Shown piece after piece: positions 16,321 to 29,157 of a stretch of 64,000 bases of DNA; position 1 is the stretch's first letter; each line of letters opens with the position of its first letter. The DNA is taken from assembly GCF_009914755.1 (NCBI RefSeq), contig NC_060934.1; one strand, given 5' to 3'. A model generated the notes under the pieces. The model made no database searches and was not told the origin of the DNA. It was given only the letters and a program-made list of their open reading frames with translations. The stretch is from the human T2T-CHM13v2.0 reference genome, Homo sapiens. The position numbers were made by a program, and so were the translations under genes.

Positions 16321-16677
16321 CTACAAAATTGAAGATTAAAAAAAATCAGTGCAAATTAGGAACTAATTTTAATTACTTCATCTCCATCTATTTAATTCAT
16401 ATCTATGATGCTACCAATTCTAGATATTTTATTAGAGCCTTTGGTATACATAAATCATCATTTATTAGAGCGTAACAAATTTTTAGTATCACTTAGATTA
16501 TACGTGATACACAAATGTGAAGATACAAGGATGCCTGGCATGCCCTACTGATTTTTCAAGCTATTGTTTTCCCAACTATTATTTCTTCCTAGCCTAAACT
16601 AGACATGAATTTGTTGACATGAGACTCTTTAACAAAAGGGCAACCCACCATTATTGCTTTAGAGACTGAAACCTTAC

Positions 16678-16716
16678 CTTCCTCTTTGTCCATGTAGACC
16701 TATCCCTTACTGCTTC
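16678..16716 (-). other. Candidate 39-nt micro-exon
   Basis: Minus strand: ttcattcctcattttAG acceptor and AAG|GTAAGG donor; motif evidence only. Confidence 0.3.
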
Positions 16717-16774
16717 CTAAAATGAGGAATGAATCACTGATGTTGTCTCAGAATATTACAATGCTAAAGTCTTT

Positions 16775-16925
16775 CTAGTGTAGTAAGGAGGAAAGAGTTA
16801 TGCACTTGGCAGAAAGACCTAGGACTTTCAGTTCCACTTTGGCCATGGATTCTCTGTAAGGCATTTGTTAGGATATTGCAACATCTCTAAGGTTAAGCCA
16901 AAACATATGTAAAACAGAAAAAATG
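16775..16925 (+). mobile_element. MIR fragment
   Basis: tagtgtagtaaggaggaaagag..agaaagacctagg..tgtaaaacag. Confidence 0.45.
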
Positions 16926-18249
16926 CTTTTAGTAAAGTGCATTCAGATGCTAGTTTCTTGGCCCCATTTCATCTCTTCTCAAGCTCCTGTGTACAGTACC
17001 TTGAAAAAGAGAGGTACATGGTGTCCAACTAATCGAGCGGAGTTTCCTAATAATTCACATGAAAACAAACGTTACCTGACTCAATCAATTTTTAAGCGTC
17101 TCTGTGATGTTTGTCTATTATTTTTCAGTTGAGAGACAAACCTTTTTTTGAAAACTTCCATTACTGCAGAAGTTCCTGGTTTGCCCAATCATAATGCCAT
17201 CTAATGATGGCTGTCAATTAAGCTAACTGGGCAGACAAAAAAATAGGCTAGTCACCCAAGATTACTGTTTGATATGTTTTCGTTACATGGAATAAAACAC
17301 TTTAGGCTCATTAGGTTTTCCCAGGCTCATTAGGTCTTCCCCTCTCTTGTTCCTAGGGATTTATCCATCCCCAGAAACATTAGTTAGCTTTTTGCAAAGA
17401 CTTTTTTTTCATCTTTTGCCATTTTATTAAACTTGCATGTTTGACCCTACTGCTTCATTCTCAGTAACACTCATAAAAAACAAAAAGAAAACACCTCATT
17501 CATGATCATCTGTAGATTTAATATATTGCTTAGCTAATTCTTCTAGATCATTAAAAGAAAAGATACACATTATCCTGTGGTTCTCTTCAACTTGATATGT
17601 TTTCAATTGCCACTAACTCTTGGACAGTTTATTACACACTTGACATTTCTTTATCCAATTCGGTTAGTTTGGTGAATAAGATTTCAAAAAATCACTTACT
17701 CGAAAATCGTGATATTTAACATCTATAGCCTTTTTAAAATTAAGTAATTCCATAGAGCTATCAAGGAAAGCAATCAGGTTTTTGTATGATGATTACTACT
17801 TAAAATGCTTTAGTCCTGCACCCATTAACTTACAGATGTTTACACATTCTTGTTAATGTTTATTTCATCAATCTATTAGGAACTGAAATTAAACTAACAA
17901 TGTTAATTTAAAAAAAATCTGCTAAACTTCACCTGCTAATTCTTTACTATTTCTAGTACTAAGGCTCACCACTTTTTCTAATTTTTCTTTTTTTTTCTTT
18001 TTCTTTCTTTTTTTTTTTGGCAAAACTCTGGAAATCTACAGATAGTACCATCTCTGTGCACAGAAAGTGAAAATTGTGGTGTGCGGGTGTCATTTCAGAG
18101 GTTACTTAGCATACCTACTTCCTATCATTCAAATCACTCTGTCTGCACTGCTTATAGTCTTGAAGGCTTCTGCCTTTTGTAAAATCCCATAACATTAATT
18201 TATATACTTTTGCTAAAGGCTTAGAAAACTGAAAAGTATGTAAAATGAG

Positions 18250-18430
18250 AGGAAGGTATATCTGCATTTGCTTATATAAACATAAACTATCTCTAGAAGA
18301 ACACACACAACAGACACACCCACTAACAACACTGCCTCCTGAGAAGGAAACTGAATGGCTCGGATATGGTGTCATCAATTACATATTTTGAATTTTAAAC
18401 CACATGTGAATGCTCCACTTATTCAAAAAA
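18250..18430 (+). mobile_element. Old L1 (L1ME/L1MC) 3' end fragment
   Basis: gcatttgcttatataaacataaactatctctagaag..tgcctcctgagaaggaaactg..ttttaaaccacatgtgaatg. Confidence 0.55.
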
Positions 18431-19124
18431 TGCAGGTTATTCCAGACCTGAGAATCAGAATCCTCCACAAGATTTTTATCAGTAATTTAAAAAAATTACC
18501 TTCCCAAATCCTGTAACATTCAAATATCCATGAGAAAAAAAAAAGTAAGTCATATCAAGTAACAACTGCTACTTTAATGCAGATTAGTTTTCAGTCCCAA
18601 CTGATGGATATGGAAATCCCTGAAAATAAAGATACGGGTGGATAAGGTAAAAAGAACCAAGAATATAAAAGAAGTAACGACCCTATGGAAACCTAATTAT
18701 GTTCTTTGAAATAATTACTTGATTAAAGGAATTCAGGATCAAGAATTTGAATAAGCACCAAGAGGCAATCTAGTAGGATAAGTAGGAATAGACCTCAGAC
18801 CATTTTCATCATACCTTGTAACTGAAAAAACATTTCTGTGACTTCCATAAGGGAACCTGCAGAGCTCTCATAATGTAAAGGGAGGGGAAGGGGCAGAGAA
18901 ATGGAGATAGGTCTAAAGATGTATGACTGAGCACATCAGTGTCTGTGTTTTTATACAGATCAAATCCACCTTATTCATCACTGAGCCATAAGAACACTAT
19001 AGGGGGAAAAAATATACTCTGACAGCCTTTGGCACTGTAAAATGCATAATGATTAAAGAAAATTTTGTTTCTAGCCATATTTGAAAAATATTTGCTAGAT
19101 GATTCTAAGCATTAAGGCACTCAT

Positions 19125-19460
<336 letters not shown>

Positions 19461-19569
19461 CTAGTCCAGTCAACTGGGACCACAGCCCCAAAATTGACAT
19501 CCTAATGCCCAGCATGGGTAGACATGGTAAATTAAGCAGAATGAAAATATAAGCCACTGAGGCTAATGT

Positions 19570-19860
19570 TTATTTTTTTTATTGTGTTTTTTTGTTTGCT
19601 TGAGACAGAGTCTCCCTCTGTCACCCAGGCTGGAGGGCAGTGACACAATCTCGACTCACTACAACCTCCACCTCCCGAGTTCAAGCAATCTCCTGTCTCA
19701 GCCTCCTGTGTGGCTGGGATTACAGGCGCCTGCCAGCACACCTGGCTAATTTTTATATTTTTAGTAGAGATGGGGTTTCACCATCTTGGCCAGTCTGGTC
19801 TCAAACTCCTTGGCCTCCCAAAGTGCTGGGATTACAGGTGTCAGCCACCGTGCAAAGCCT
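19570..19860 (-). mobile_element. AluS with small internal deletion
   Basis: Antisense Alu lacking the gacctcaggtgatcc segment. Confidence 0.9.
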
Positions 19861-20466
19861 GACCCATGAGTTTTATAATCTTGTATTATGATGATGATGA
19901 TTGTTCCCCTCTGAAAAATGCAATGAATGTTGCTCCCAGAGTTAAATACCACCATTAAAAAGCAGGCACAGTGCTACCTCAAGGACAAAGGAGAATCATC
20001 ATCATTGGGCAGAGGAATTCATGTGTCATACCCTAGATTCCTTTGAAACTTTGCAAAAGAAGGGCAAGTTATATATTATAATCACTGTGGTGTTGGTGGT
20101 GATATTCTGTGTTTTAGACACCAAGATATCTACAGTCTCAGGAGCAACTTGCTTTAGCTATGTCTCCTGCATGCTAATGCTCCTCCATGCTCTGAGTTTC
20201 GTGCAAGTACTATGTAAAACCATGACTAGTTAGAAGTATAAGGATTTCATCACTGGCCAATAAAAGCCATCATCTTACAAATCATTGCGGATAAGTGCCC
20301 TGAGATAATTTCCATCAGCACTCCCACACAGCTCAGGGCTGGCTCCGTGGGTGGAATCACCCGTATACTCACACAGGGGCCACAATAGGTGTCTTGCTCT
20401 GCGGTGACCAGTTCAAAATTCTGAATCACTTTTAAACAATAGACTCGCATTTTCATTCTGCATTAC

Positions 20467-21193
20467 TAAGATGAAGCAGGGACCCCTCTTACGGGCCTAA
20501 CCTCCACCCCTTCCAGGCATGGAAGTAAAGAAAAAGCTTGAGTTCATATGAGGGAAATGCCAGGCACCTTGCTAGCCCTGAGAAGTAAATGAGCAATTTG
20601 ATAAGAAGGTAACAGTTGCTTAAAACAGTAGCCAACAAAGTTAGAGTCATGAGATGTTTTGTTCTCAACAGAAATGTAAGATAACATCTTAGCATATGTC
20701 CTGTTTTTCAGAAACCTGGACCCCTACTAAACAGACCTGCTGGCACGCAGAGCTCAGGTGAGAGAAAACTGAGGGCGGGCCTCTGACAGCTCTTCTTGTT
20801 CTTTGCTGTAAAGTCTATCTGAGGTGATACAAGCCACAGCTAACATTCTTTTCTGGTGACCCCAAATATTTAAACAAAGCTTCTCTTCCTTAACCAACTG
20901 CAAATCTGAAAATTTTAAAATCTACCTATCACGTTTAATCACCCGGCGCTTCAAGAAAGCCCACCTGTATAGGTCAAAACCATGTACAACCTCCATGTAT
21001 GAATTTATTACCATACCTGTGACCTCTGCCTCCTTGCCTTTAAAAATCCCTACCTGTAAGCCATCAGGGAGTTGGGGTTTTAAACATGGGCTGCCCGATT
21101 CTCCTTGCTTGGGGCCACGCAATAAATGTCTCACTTTCTCTTGCTGCAATCCCGTTAGTGTTTGGCTTTGCTACACTGAGTGGTTCTGAAACA
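20467..21193 (+). mobile_element. MER39-family solo LTR (ERV1)
   Basis: gcagggacccctctt..caggcacc..gctagccctgagaagtaaatgagcaa..gataacatctta..; TATA-like tttaaaaa, AATAAA at 21121, ends ..aaca. Confidence 0.75.
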
Positions 21194-21224
21194 CTGAACC
21201 TGCAAATTGTGCAGCCACTCCTGA

Positions 21225-21378
21225 CTCTATTCCTCAAGCTATGGTCTGAGGGCTGGCAGCATCAGTATCAGCTGGAGAACATGCTAGAAATGCATGATCT
21301 CAAGTTCCACCCAAGACCTACTGAATCAAGATCTGTAGGACATTAATATAACCTCAAAGTCTGAGGGGTACTGCTCTA
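21225..21378. mobile_element. MER5A (hAT-Charlie MITE)
   Basis: gcagcatcagtatcagctggagaacatgctagaaatgca..ccaagacctactgaatca. Confidence 0.75.
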
Positions 21379-21411
21379 TTGAGAATAGTTCTACATTAAA
21401 ATACAAAGTAG

Positions 21412-21515
21412 CACAGGCTCCATGGCTCATGCCTATAATCCCAGTACTTTGGGAGGCCAAGACAGAAGGTTCATTTGGTCCAGCCTGGACAGCATAGTGA
21501 TACCCTGTCTCTCTC
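21412..21515 (+). mobile_element. FLAM fragment
   Basis: tggctcatgcctataatcccagtactttgggaggcc..gataccctgtctc. Confidence 0.8.
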
Positions 21516-21742
21516 TCTTTCTACTATGTATACATAGAGAGAGAGAGACATAGAAGATATGTGGAAGATACATGACAAATGGTCCAAAACTCAACCAGCC
21601 TGTGAGATTACATAGTAATGAGTAGAAGTGAAATATTTTGCTCTATAAAAATCAATGTAAGAACTTGGTTAAACAGAGCCAGAGTGTACCCTTAAATTCA
21701 TTTATCAAGAGCTCCCCACAATCACTTAAAAAAGTGTAGTAC

Positions 21743-22085
21743 TATTATAGGTTGAACTGTATCCCCCAAAATGTCACGTTGAAGTCCTAACACCCAGTAC
21801 CTCAGAATATGACTGTATTTGGAAATAGTCTTTAGAAAAGAAATTAAGTTAAAATGAGGTCATTAGAGTGGGCCCTAATCCAATATGACTGGCATCCTTA
21901 GAAGAAGAAAAAATTTGGACACAGACGCACACAGCAGGAGAACTCCATGTGAACATAAAAATGACCATCTGCCGACACTTTGATCTTGGACTTCCAGCCT
22001 CCAGAGCTGTGAGAAAATAAATTTCTGTTGTTTAAGCCACCTAGTCTGTGGCACTTTCTTATGGCATCCCAGCAAAACTAATATA
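21743..22085 (+). mobile_element. MLT1B-like solo LTR (ERVL-MaLR)
   Basis: Classic MLT1 text; perfect 5-bp TSD AGTAC at 21738-21742 and 22086-22090. Confidence 0.9.
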
Positions 22086-23859
22086 AGTACATGTCCAAAA
22101 AAAAAAAAAAAAAAAAAAACCAAGCATGTCAAAATATAGTTTCTTCCTTTTTTGGACAACATCCATGAACTCATTGTATCTTGTTAATCCTGAATTCACA
22201 GTTTTACTGGGGGGCTGGGGTGGGTGGGTGGGGGGCTGTTAATCAAGTGTTGCATTTTTAGAATTCTCCAAATGGCCTTACATCAGAATACTCAAGTGAT
22301 TCCATGTACAGAAGTCATATGTATCAGTAACAGACAGTATTTATTCATAATTTCTACTGCTACGCACACTAGAACTTGCATGCTAACAGGAAGCAGAGAA
22401 TGACATGGACATCATCTGTAGTGATCCACAACCTCCATTTTTGGTATTTATACAAAGATGGTGAACATTACCAATCCAGGATCATTTCATACACTTATTT
22501 CCATGAAATGCCAATTGCCAGTCTCACTCTGGGTCTTCCTAACACGAATATGATGACACCTTCTATGAAAAACCATCTCAGCAGGACGTCCTTCTCAAGG
22601 CTCTTCTCTTTCACTGCAAATGGGCAGTGGAAGGCTGTTCACCAACCACTCTTCAAATCTAATTTAAAATTAGTGCTAAAGGAGGGGCAGGACTCACAAC
22701 GTCCCCCTGATGCCCTGCCGGCCAGCCCACACCAACGTCCACTCAAAGAATCCTTAAAATTGCAACAAATCAAATGTGACTTGCATCTAATTGCTTTTCA
22801 GAATATATGAGGAATTGTTGCCTGAATGCCTTCTCCTTTTGTTTTCCCCTACTTCCCAACTTTTCCCTTGGAGGGAAAGGACAGAGAAAAGACATAAGCA
22901 TTCACTGAAAACTGTAATACTGTATAATCCATAGTTGATTGCATTTTCATTGATTCATAGTAAAATTGTTACTTATTATTTTAAAACTGGGAGTGGGCAG
23001 AGTGGTTGGAAATTCAGCTAAAGAACAGCAAGGGAAACACCAGCTTTTGATTTTTGTGTTAGCCAAAGGAGAGGTCACGTTCAAAGGTGCCTTGCCACTC
23101 TCTTCTCGCTGTCAGCTAAGGATCCCTGTCCAACAATGATCACACTTAGGGCATCCTTCCTGGTGTATAAAGAATCCTTCCTGAAATGGTTCCTAAAAGA
23201 AGAACTGGAAGTGGGCACACCCAGAGTCTAGATTTGTCTTTTAGGACTTCTATGGAAATCCTGATTCTTTAAAATGCACAAGAGAAACCTCATAAACGCT
23301 GTGTCCACAAGCAGCTGCATGAGACAGGCACTGGAGGCAAAGCACCCAAATGCTGGAAAAAATCTCTCTCTGTCCTTACTATGGCCATTTATTAACTCCC
23401 CCGCCTTTCCTTCCTCAGCCACTACCAACCCCATTGACACCTTGAAATGCCTCCTTCTGGCACAGATACAGGTCTGCAATGGCAGGACTACCAGGAAACA
23501 GGGCGGGAAGTAACAGGGGAAAACACACCTGCACACCATTCTGTCCCAACCCAGAGGGCCCCAGTCCCAGTCACGAAGACCAGCTTGTTCCCAGACCCCC
23601 CATCACCCCCTCCCCATCCCACTCCACATCGTTCATCCACCTCTGGTAATGGAATACCAATTTGTGAGCCTGGACCTGCTTGCCAATAATAAATAAATCT
23701 TACTTTATCTCTGTGTGTGCCCAAACAAAGGGTCTCCATTACCCAGCTCTCAGTAAGTGTTTATAATTAGTAAATATGGTCTTTCTGTTTTTCTATTACA
23801 TTTAAGTGGGGCTGGGTAAGGAAAACAGATACAGGAAATGAGGCCAAGGTGTCTTTACC

Positions 23860-24230
23860 CATTCATTCTCTCATTCAACCAACATCTGAGTTTCTACCAC
23901 ATGTCGAACATTCTAAACACTGGCTACAGCAGTGAGCCAGACAAAGACCTTACTCACATGAGCTCACATTACACTAATAAGGTAATATCATATAGTAAAG
24001 TAAGAATTAAAATAGGAGGATGTGATGGAGCATGACTTGTCGATCAGGGGAGACTTTTCTGAGCATCAAGACTGAAGACAAACCCAAGATAAAGAGGAGC
24101 CCACCTAAAATCAGGGGACGAGAATTCCCAGTGGGGAAACAGAATGCAAGGCCTTAATCCAGAAATGAAGTCGCTGGTCTCAAGGAGCAAAAAGAAACTC
24201 CGTATGACCATTGTGTTGGTGGGTATGGTA
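23860..24230 (-). mobile_element. L2 3' fragment
   Basis: cattcattc..cattcaaccaacat..ctaccacatg..cagcagtgagccagaca resembles an antisense L2 3' end. Confidence 0.6.
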
Positions 24231-24954
24231 CAACTGGTGCAAGCTAAGCCGGGGGAGTTTCGATCAAGGTTAGGAGTTTCTGTACTCATTGTTACTACAC
24301 TTAAAACCTAAACATGCCAGCTTCTGGGATGAGCCAACACAATCATGATTATCACGCCCTGTCCTCTATGCAGCTGCAGGCCTAAGGTACGATGGATGGT
24401 AACAGCAGAAAGCCACAAGGGAGATTAGCAACGACTTGAAACACAGACAGGGATTTAGAACACACTCCAGTAAACGCCACCATTCCAAAGTTCTTCACTT
24501 CTAGATTCCAAAATTTCTTTCCTAAACCTTCAGTCCTGACACAGACCCAAACTTTAGGCGCTCCTAACTAACCATCAACTTTAATTATTTATCCTTAATT
24601 CAAGCCTCCACAACATAGGCACAACTTTCTTTTCTGGACTCATGATACACAACTCCCAGTGAATTATGTCACAATATTTGTTCGTAACACTTGGAACTTG
24701 CCTGTAACACATACTGATGTAATAAATTCTATGAGAACAGGTGAAACCTCCCTACTTTAAATCACCTGGGACACTAATTTTTTTCCTCTGTGAATGGTAA
24801 TTGATACAAAGGCACAGGTGAGGACATGGACTGAATAACTGACATTTCCCTTCTCCTAGAATGTAATATTAGAATGCATTCTATCCTATTAGCATTCTAT
24901 TGGAAGGCTCCATAGAGCACCCCATACAGAACACTGCCATCAAAAAGAGGACTG

Positions 24955-25240
24955 GGCTGGGCATGGTGGCTCACACCTCTAATCCCAGCACTGTGGGAGG
25001 CCAAGGCAGACAGATCACCAGAGGTCAGGAGTTTGAGATCAGCCTGGCCAACATGGTGAAACCCTGTCTCTACTAAAAATACAAAAATTAGCCGAGCGTG
25101 GTGGCACACACCTGTAGTCCCAGCTACTCCAGAGGCTAAGGCAGGAGAATTGCTTGAACCCGGAGTTGGAGGTTGCAGTGAGTGGAGATCACACCACTGC
25201 ATTCCAGCCTGGGCAACAGAGCAATACTCTGTCTCAAAAA
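24955..25240 (+). mobile_element. AluSx/Sz
   Basis: Full Alu. Confidence 0.92.
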
Positions 25241-27090
25241 CTATATAATAATAATCATGCATATTTCACAGAGAAGAAACCAAGCCTCAAGAGATGAAAT
25301 GACTGCTCCAAGGTGACACAAAAAAGGCACAGTCCATTCAACTAGACCTCCCCAGGATCTTGGAACCATGTTTTTTCCTTCTTCCCTTACCATATTCATT
25401 CAATACATTACTGCATGCCTACCTGGGCCAGAAACTTCTCAGACGCTACACATGCAGAAGGGAATGAAATGAAAGACAAATGGATGCTGCACCCATTGTT
25501 AAGCTGTAACATTGTAAAGGAAGAGGGTAGTGAGAAAGACACAAGTACGCCATCAATGTGGGTTTGAGGCAGAAATGTTACAGAGCAGAGCTAGATATTG
25601 CAAAGTGATAAAGGAGCTGTAAGGAGAAAAACAAAGGATGAGAAAACTAGTATTTGCACAACAGAGGCACATAGTGTAAGTAATCAAATCAGATAAATTC
25701 TGCACCTGCTTGAAAATAAAACATTAGAACTAAATATATACATCTGTGATTCCATGTCTACATATATATGCATATACATTTAAAGGATTTTTAAAATTCA
25801 ACAAATATTTCTCAGTTGAGCACGAATTTATACCAGGTGTATAAAGCAATGTATAAGTTCCATGACAGACACAAATAAACCATACCAATATTCACCAGTC
25901 ACAGAGATAATACATATTTTTATGATATAGAATGTGCATCATTTCTAAACACCTATTTAGATTAACTAGGATGAGCTCACGCACACACAGAGAAACACAA
26001 ATGCACCTCCCAGCATTCAAACCTATAAATCAGTGAATATCTCAGGGCTATTAGAAAACATTAATTCAATTCCTCAAGCTAAATTACATTTCACAATTTC
26101 CATCAATGGACTTGAATAGAACCTTGAGATGATTAATGTTTTATCAGAGATTACCCAGACAGGGGAACAGAGAGCCTGCCATTTCAAATTTAGAATGTTA
26201 GTTCAGTACCACCTGCACAGGGAAGACATGAGCTACCATTCATATGAGCATTATTATTTAAATTTGGTAAAAACTTGAAAAAGTTCAACTTATTTAGGAA
26301 TTCATTTCTGTCATTTAAGACTCGATATTGTTCTCTTGCTGGAAACCAAGAGACCGGAGATTTCTGAGAAGCCTTAGAAATCCCACTGTTAAAAAAGATG
26401 GATAATTCTTCTATGATCTGGGCTCCAGAGAGGAATAATGGGGCATGGTTTTGCAAGACTCTGCGACTCAGCTGTTTGAAGCTAACCCATTTTTCATAGA
26501 TTTGCATTTATTACAGCCTACAATTATGACTTATGCCTCTCCCAAGCACTCAGACTATAGCTTCTTTTTGCACCTCAGAGAAAGCAAGGGTTTATTACTG
26601 TAATAGTCAATCATATGCCCTGAGGACAATACAGAGCACAGGGCACGTGTTTTGTTAGTAAGACTTTCTGTTCAACCTAAGCATGCTCTTGGAAGGACCT
26701 AGTATGTGTATAATCAATTTGTAAAAACAATGTCTTTGAAATGACCCACAGTTTCCACTTAATTTAATGACTATTACTTTTAAACTCATATTTCCAACTA
26801 CCAGAAAGTCTTGAGGAAAGTGTGTACAGGCACTGCTGTTATAAAGAAGTGAACTAAATGGTCTTCTCCAATATTTTTATTAACTGTGTGATGCACTTAT
26901 ACCAGTATACATATCCATGAAGCCTGTATAAAAAGCTTTTCAACTCAGCTCTCACCTGGCTATGCAAGAGACCAGAAAACCTCAAGAATGGAGTAAGTGA
27001 TGCCAGGAATTACGACGACAGGATTATACTACCTGAAAAGTCCTGAAGGTAGAGGAGGACGACAAAAAGAAAATCGGCTTCAAAATAAGT

Positions 27091-27319
27091 CAACCAGCCT
27101 GTGCAACATGGTGAGACCTCAACTCTACAAAATATACAAAAATTAGCCAGGTATGATGGCTCATGCCCGTAGTCTCAGCTACTTGAGAGGGTGAGGTGAG
27201 AGGATCACTTGTGCCCAGAGAGCTCAAGGCTATAGCAAACATCATACCACTGCACTCCAGGCTGGGCAAAAGTGTGAGACCCTGTCTCAAAAAAATAAAA
27301 TAAAATAAAAATAAATAAA
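27091..27319 (+). mobile_element. 5'-truncated AluJ
   Basis: Starts mid-way through the left monomer; (AAAAT)n tail. Confidence 0.85.
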
Positions 27320-28305
27320 GTCAGTCAGATGAGGGCTTTTAACCAAGTTTTGGCATCTCCAGTGTGGTACATCTTGGCCATGTGACTCTCTTTAGTTTCT
27401 CCATGTAGCACCTTGGAGTCATTCTCTTTCTAAATACGGTAATGTCTAAAACACACAGGACAGAGCTCAGCTACAGTAGACATGTAGCAAAGGACTGTTA
27501 TAATGATTAGTCTTAATTTACTTGCCAAACAACCAAACTTGAGACTGGAGTTCCACAGTTCAAGAACATGAATACTTTTTAAGGCTTAAAAGTAAAAACA
27601 TTCTCTAAGAATATCACAATGTCAAGTTCAGACTACAGTTTGTGACATTCTGTCTCCCTTCTTCCATTCCGGCTTTGAAGAAGTCAAATTTGCCTCTCAT
27701 TGAATGTTTAAGTCTTTCTTGTGGGATGGGGTAAGGAGCAAAGATTCATGAACTGAAACTACAATAGAAATTTCCATTGCAAAATATTAATGGCCTAAGT
27801 ATTTACTGAGTATTCATTCAGAGTATTTGTTAAAAGTCATTTGAAAATGTAAAAATAAAAAAAATTTACTTAAAACTAGAACTTAAGTCTACTATAAAAT
27901 GTGACTACATTCCATAAAGCACCTTACAAGGCACAATGCCATCAATTTGGTTAAATTTCAAGTTGATTTCACTACATTTTCTTATCCTAACGAGTACCCA
28001 GTGACACTCTACATGCCAATTACAGTGATTCTTTTCAGTCAGTCCCATCTAAACTATTTCAAGGAAGAAGGGTGTCTGGTACTATAACCTTCTAGGAAAA
28101 AGAATAAAGTTTCTGTATGCTGTAGTGGAATGAAATAAGCTTTTACATTGAAACAGACACAAAATAAAATTTTATTTTCACTTAGTTATTTCAAATATAA
28201 GGAATTCATTATTTAGGTTAAAAAAAAACACTCTGTCACAGTTTATACATTAGAATTTCCTTGGTTTTCTTTTTTCCTATTCTGCCTCAAATACTGAATA
28301 AATGA

Positions 28306-28441
28306 AGCCAGGTGCAGTGACTCACACCTGTAATCCCAGCACTTTGGGAGGCCAACGTGGGAGGATTGCTTAAGCCTAGGAGTTCGAGACCAGCCTCCCC
28401 AACATTGTGAGACCCTGTCTTTATAAAAATAAATAAATAAA
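28306..28441 (+). mobile_element. FLAM
   Basis: Left monomer plus (AAAT)n tail. Confidence 0.85.
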
Positions 28442-28789
28442 TGATGAAGATAAAAGCTTAATATTACCCTTGTATTGCATACCAACTTTTTCTTGAAAAA
28501 CAATGGAAGTGGGGAAGTGGATACCATATTACTCTTTAAGAATCAAACTTTGTTCAAATTATTGCTTTTGTGCCCAAGCTCTAATTCAAGTTAAATGTGA
28601 GAGTCACTACAGATCAGATGAGATTCAGCATGCCTGTGGAAATAACTTTGGGAGCACTCAAGTTTGTAAGCAATATCCATCAAATCCAAATTTTTACTTT
28701 TTTTTTTTTAAGGAAATGTACTCACTTAGTTGACCATACCTGCATATGGAATTTCCTTCTATCACAAACACACAAATGTTTAAAGCCCT

Positions 28790-29157
28790 TGTATTAGTCT
28801 GATCTCACACTGTTATGAAGAAATACCTGAGACTGGGTAACTTATAAAGAAAAGAGGTTTAATCGACTCACAATTCCACACGGCTAGGGAGGACTCAGCA
28901 AGCTTACAATCATGGCGGAAGGCACCTCTTCACAAGATAGCACCAGAGAGAATTAGTGCAGAGCAAAGTGGGGAAAGCCCCTTATAAAACCACCAGATCT
29001 CGCAAGAACTCACACACTATCACAAGAACAGCATAGGGGAACTTCTCTCATGATCTCATCACCCTCCACGAGTTCCCTTCCCCAACACACGGGGATGACA
29101 ATTTGGATTTCAACTCAAGATGAGATATGGGTGGGGACATAGAGCCAGACCATATCA
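28790..29157 (-). mobile_element. THE1D-like solo LTR (ERVL-MaLR)
   Basis: tgtattagtc...catatca termini; ggcacctcttcaca motif; perfect TSD GCCCT at 28785-28789 and 29158-29162. Confidence 0.92.
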
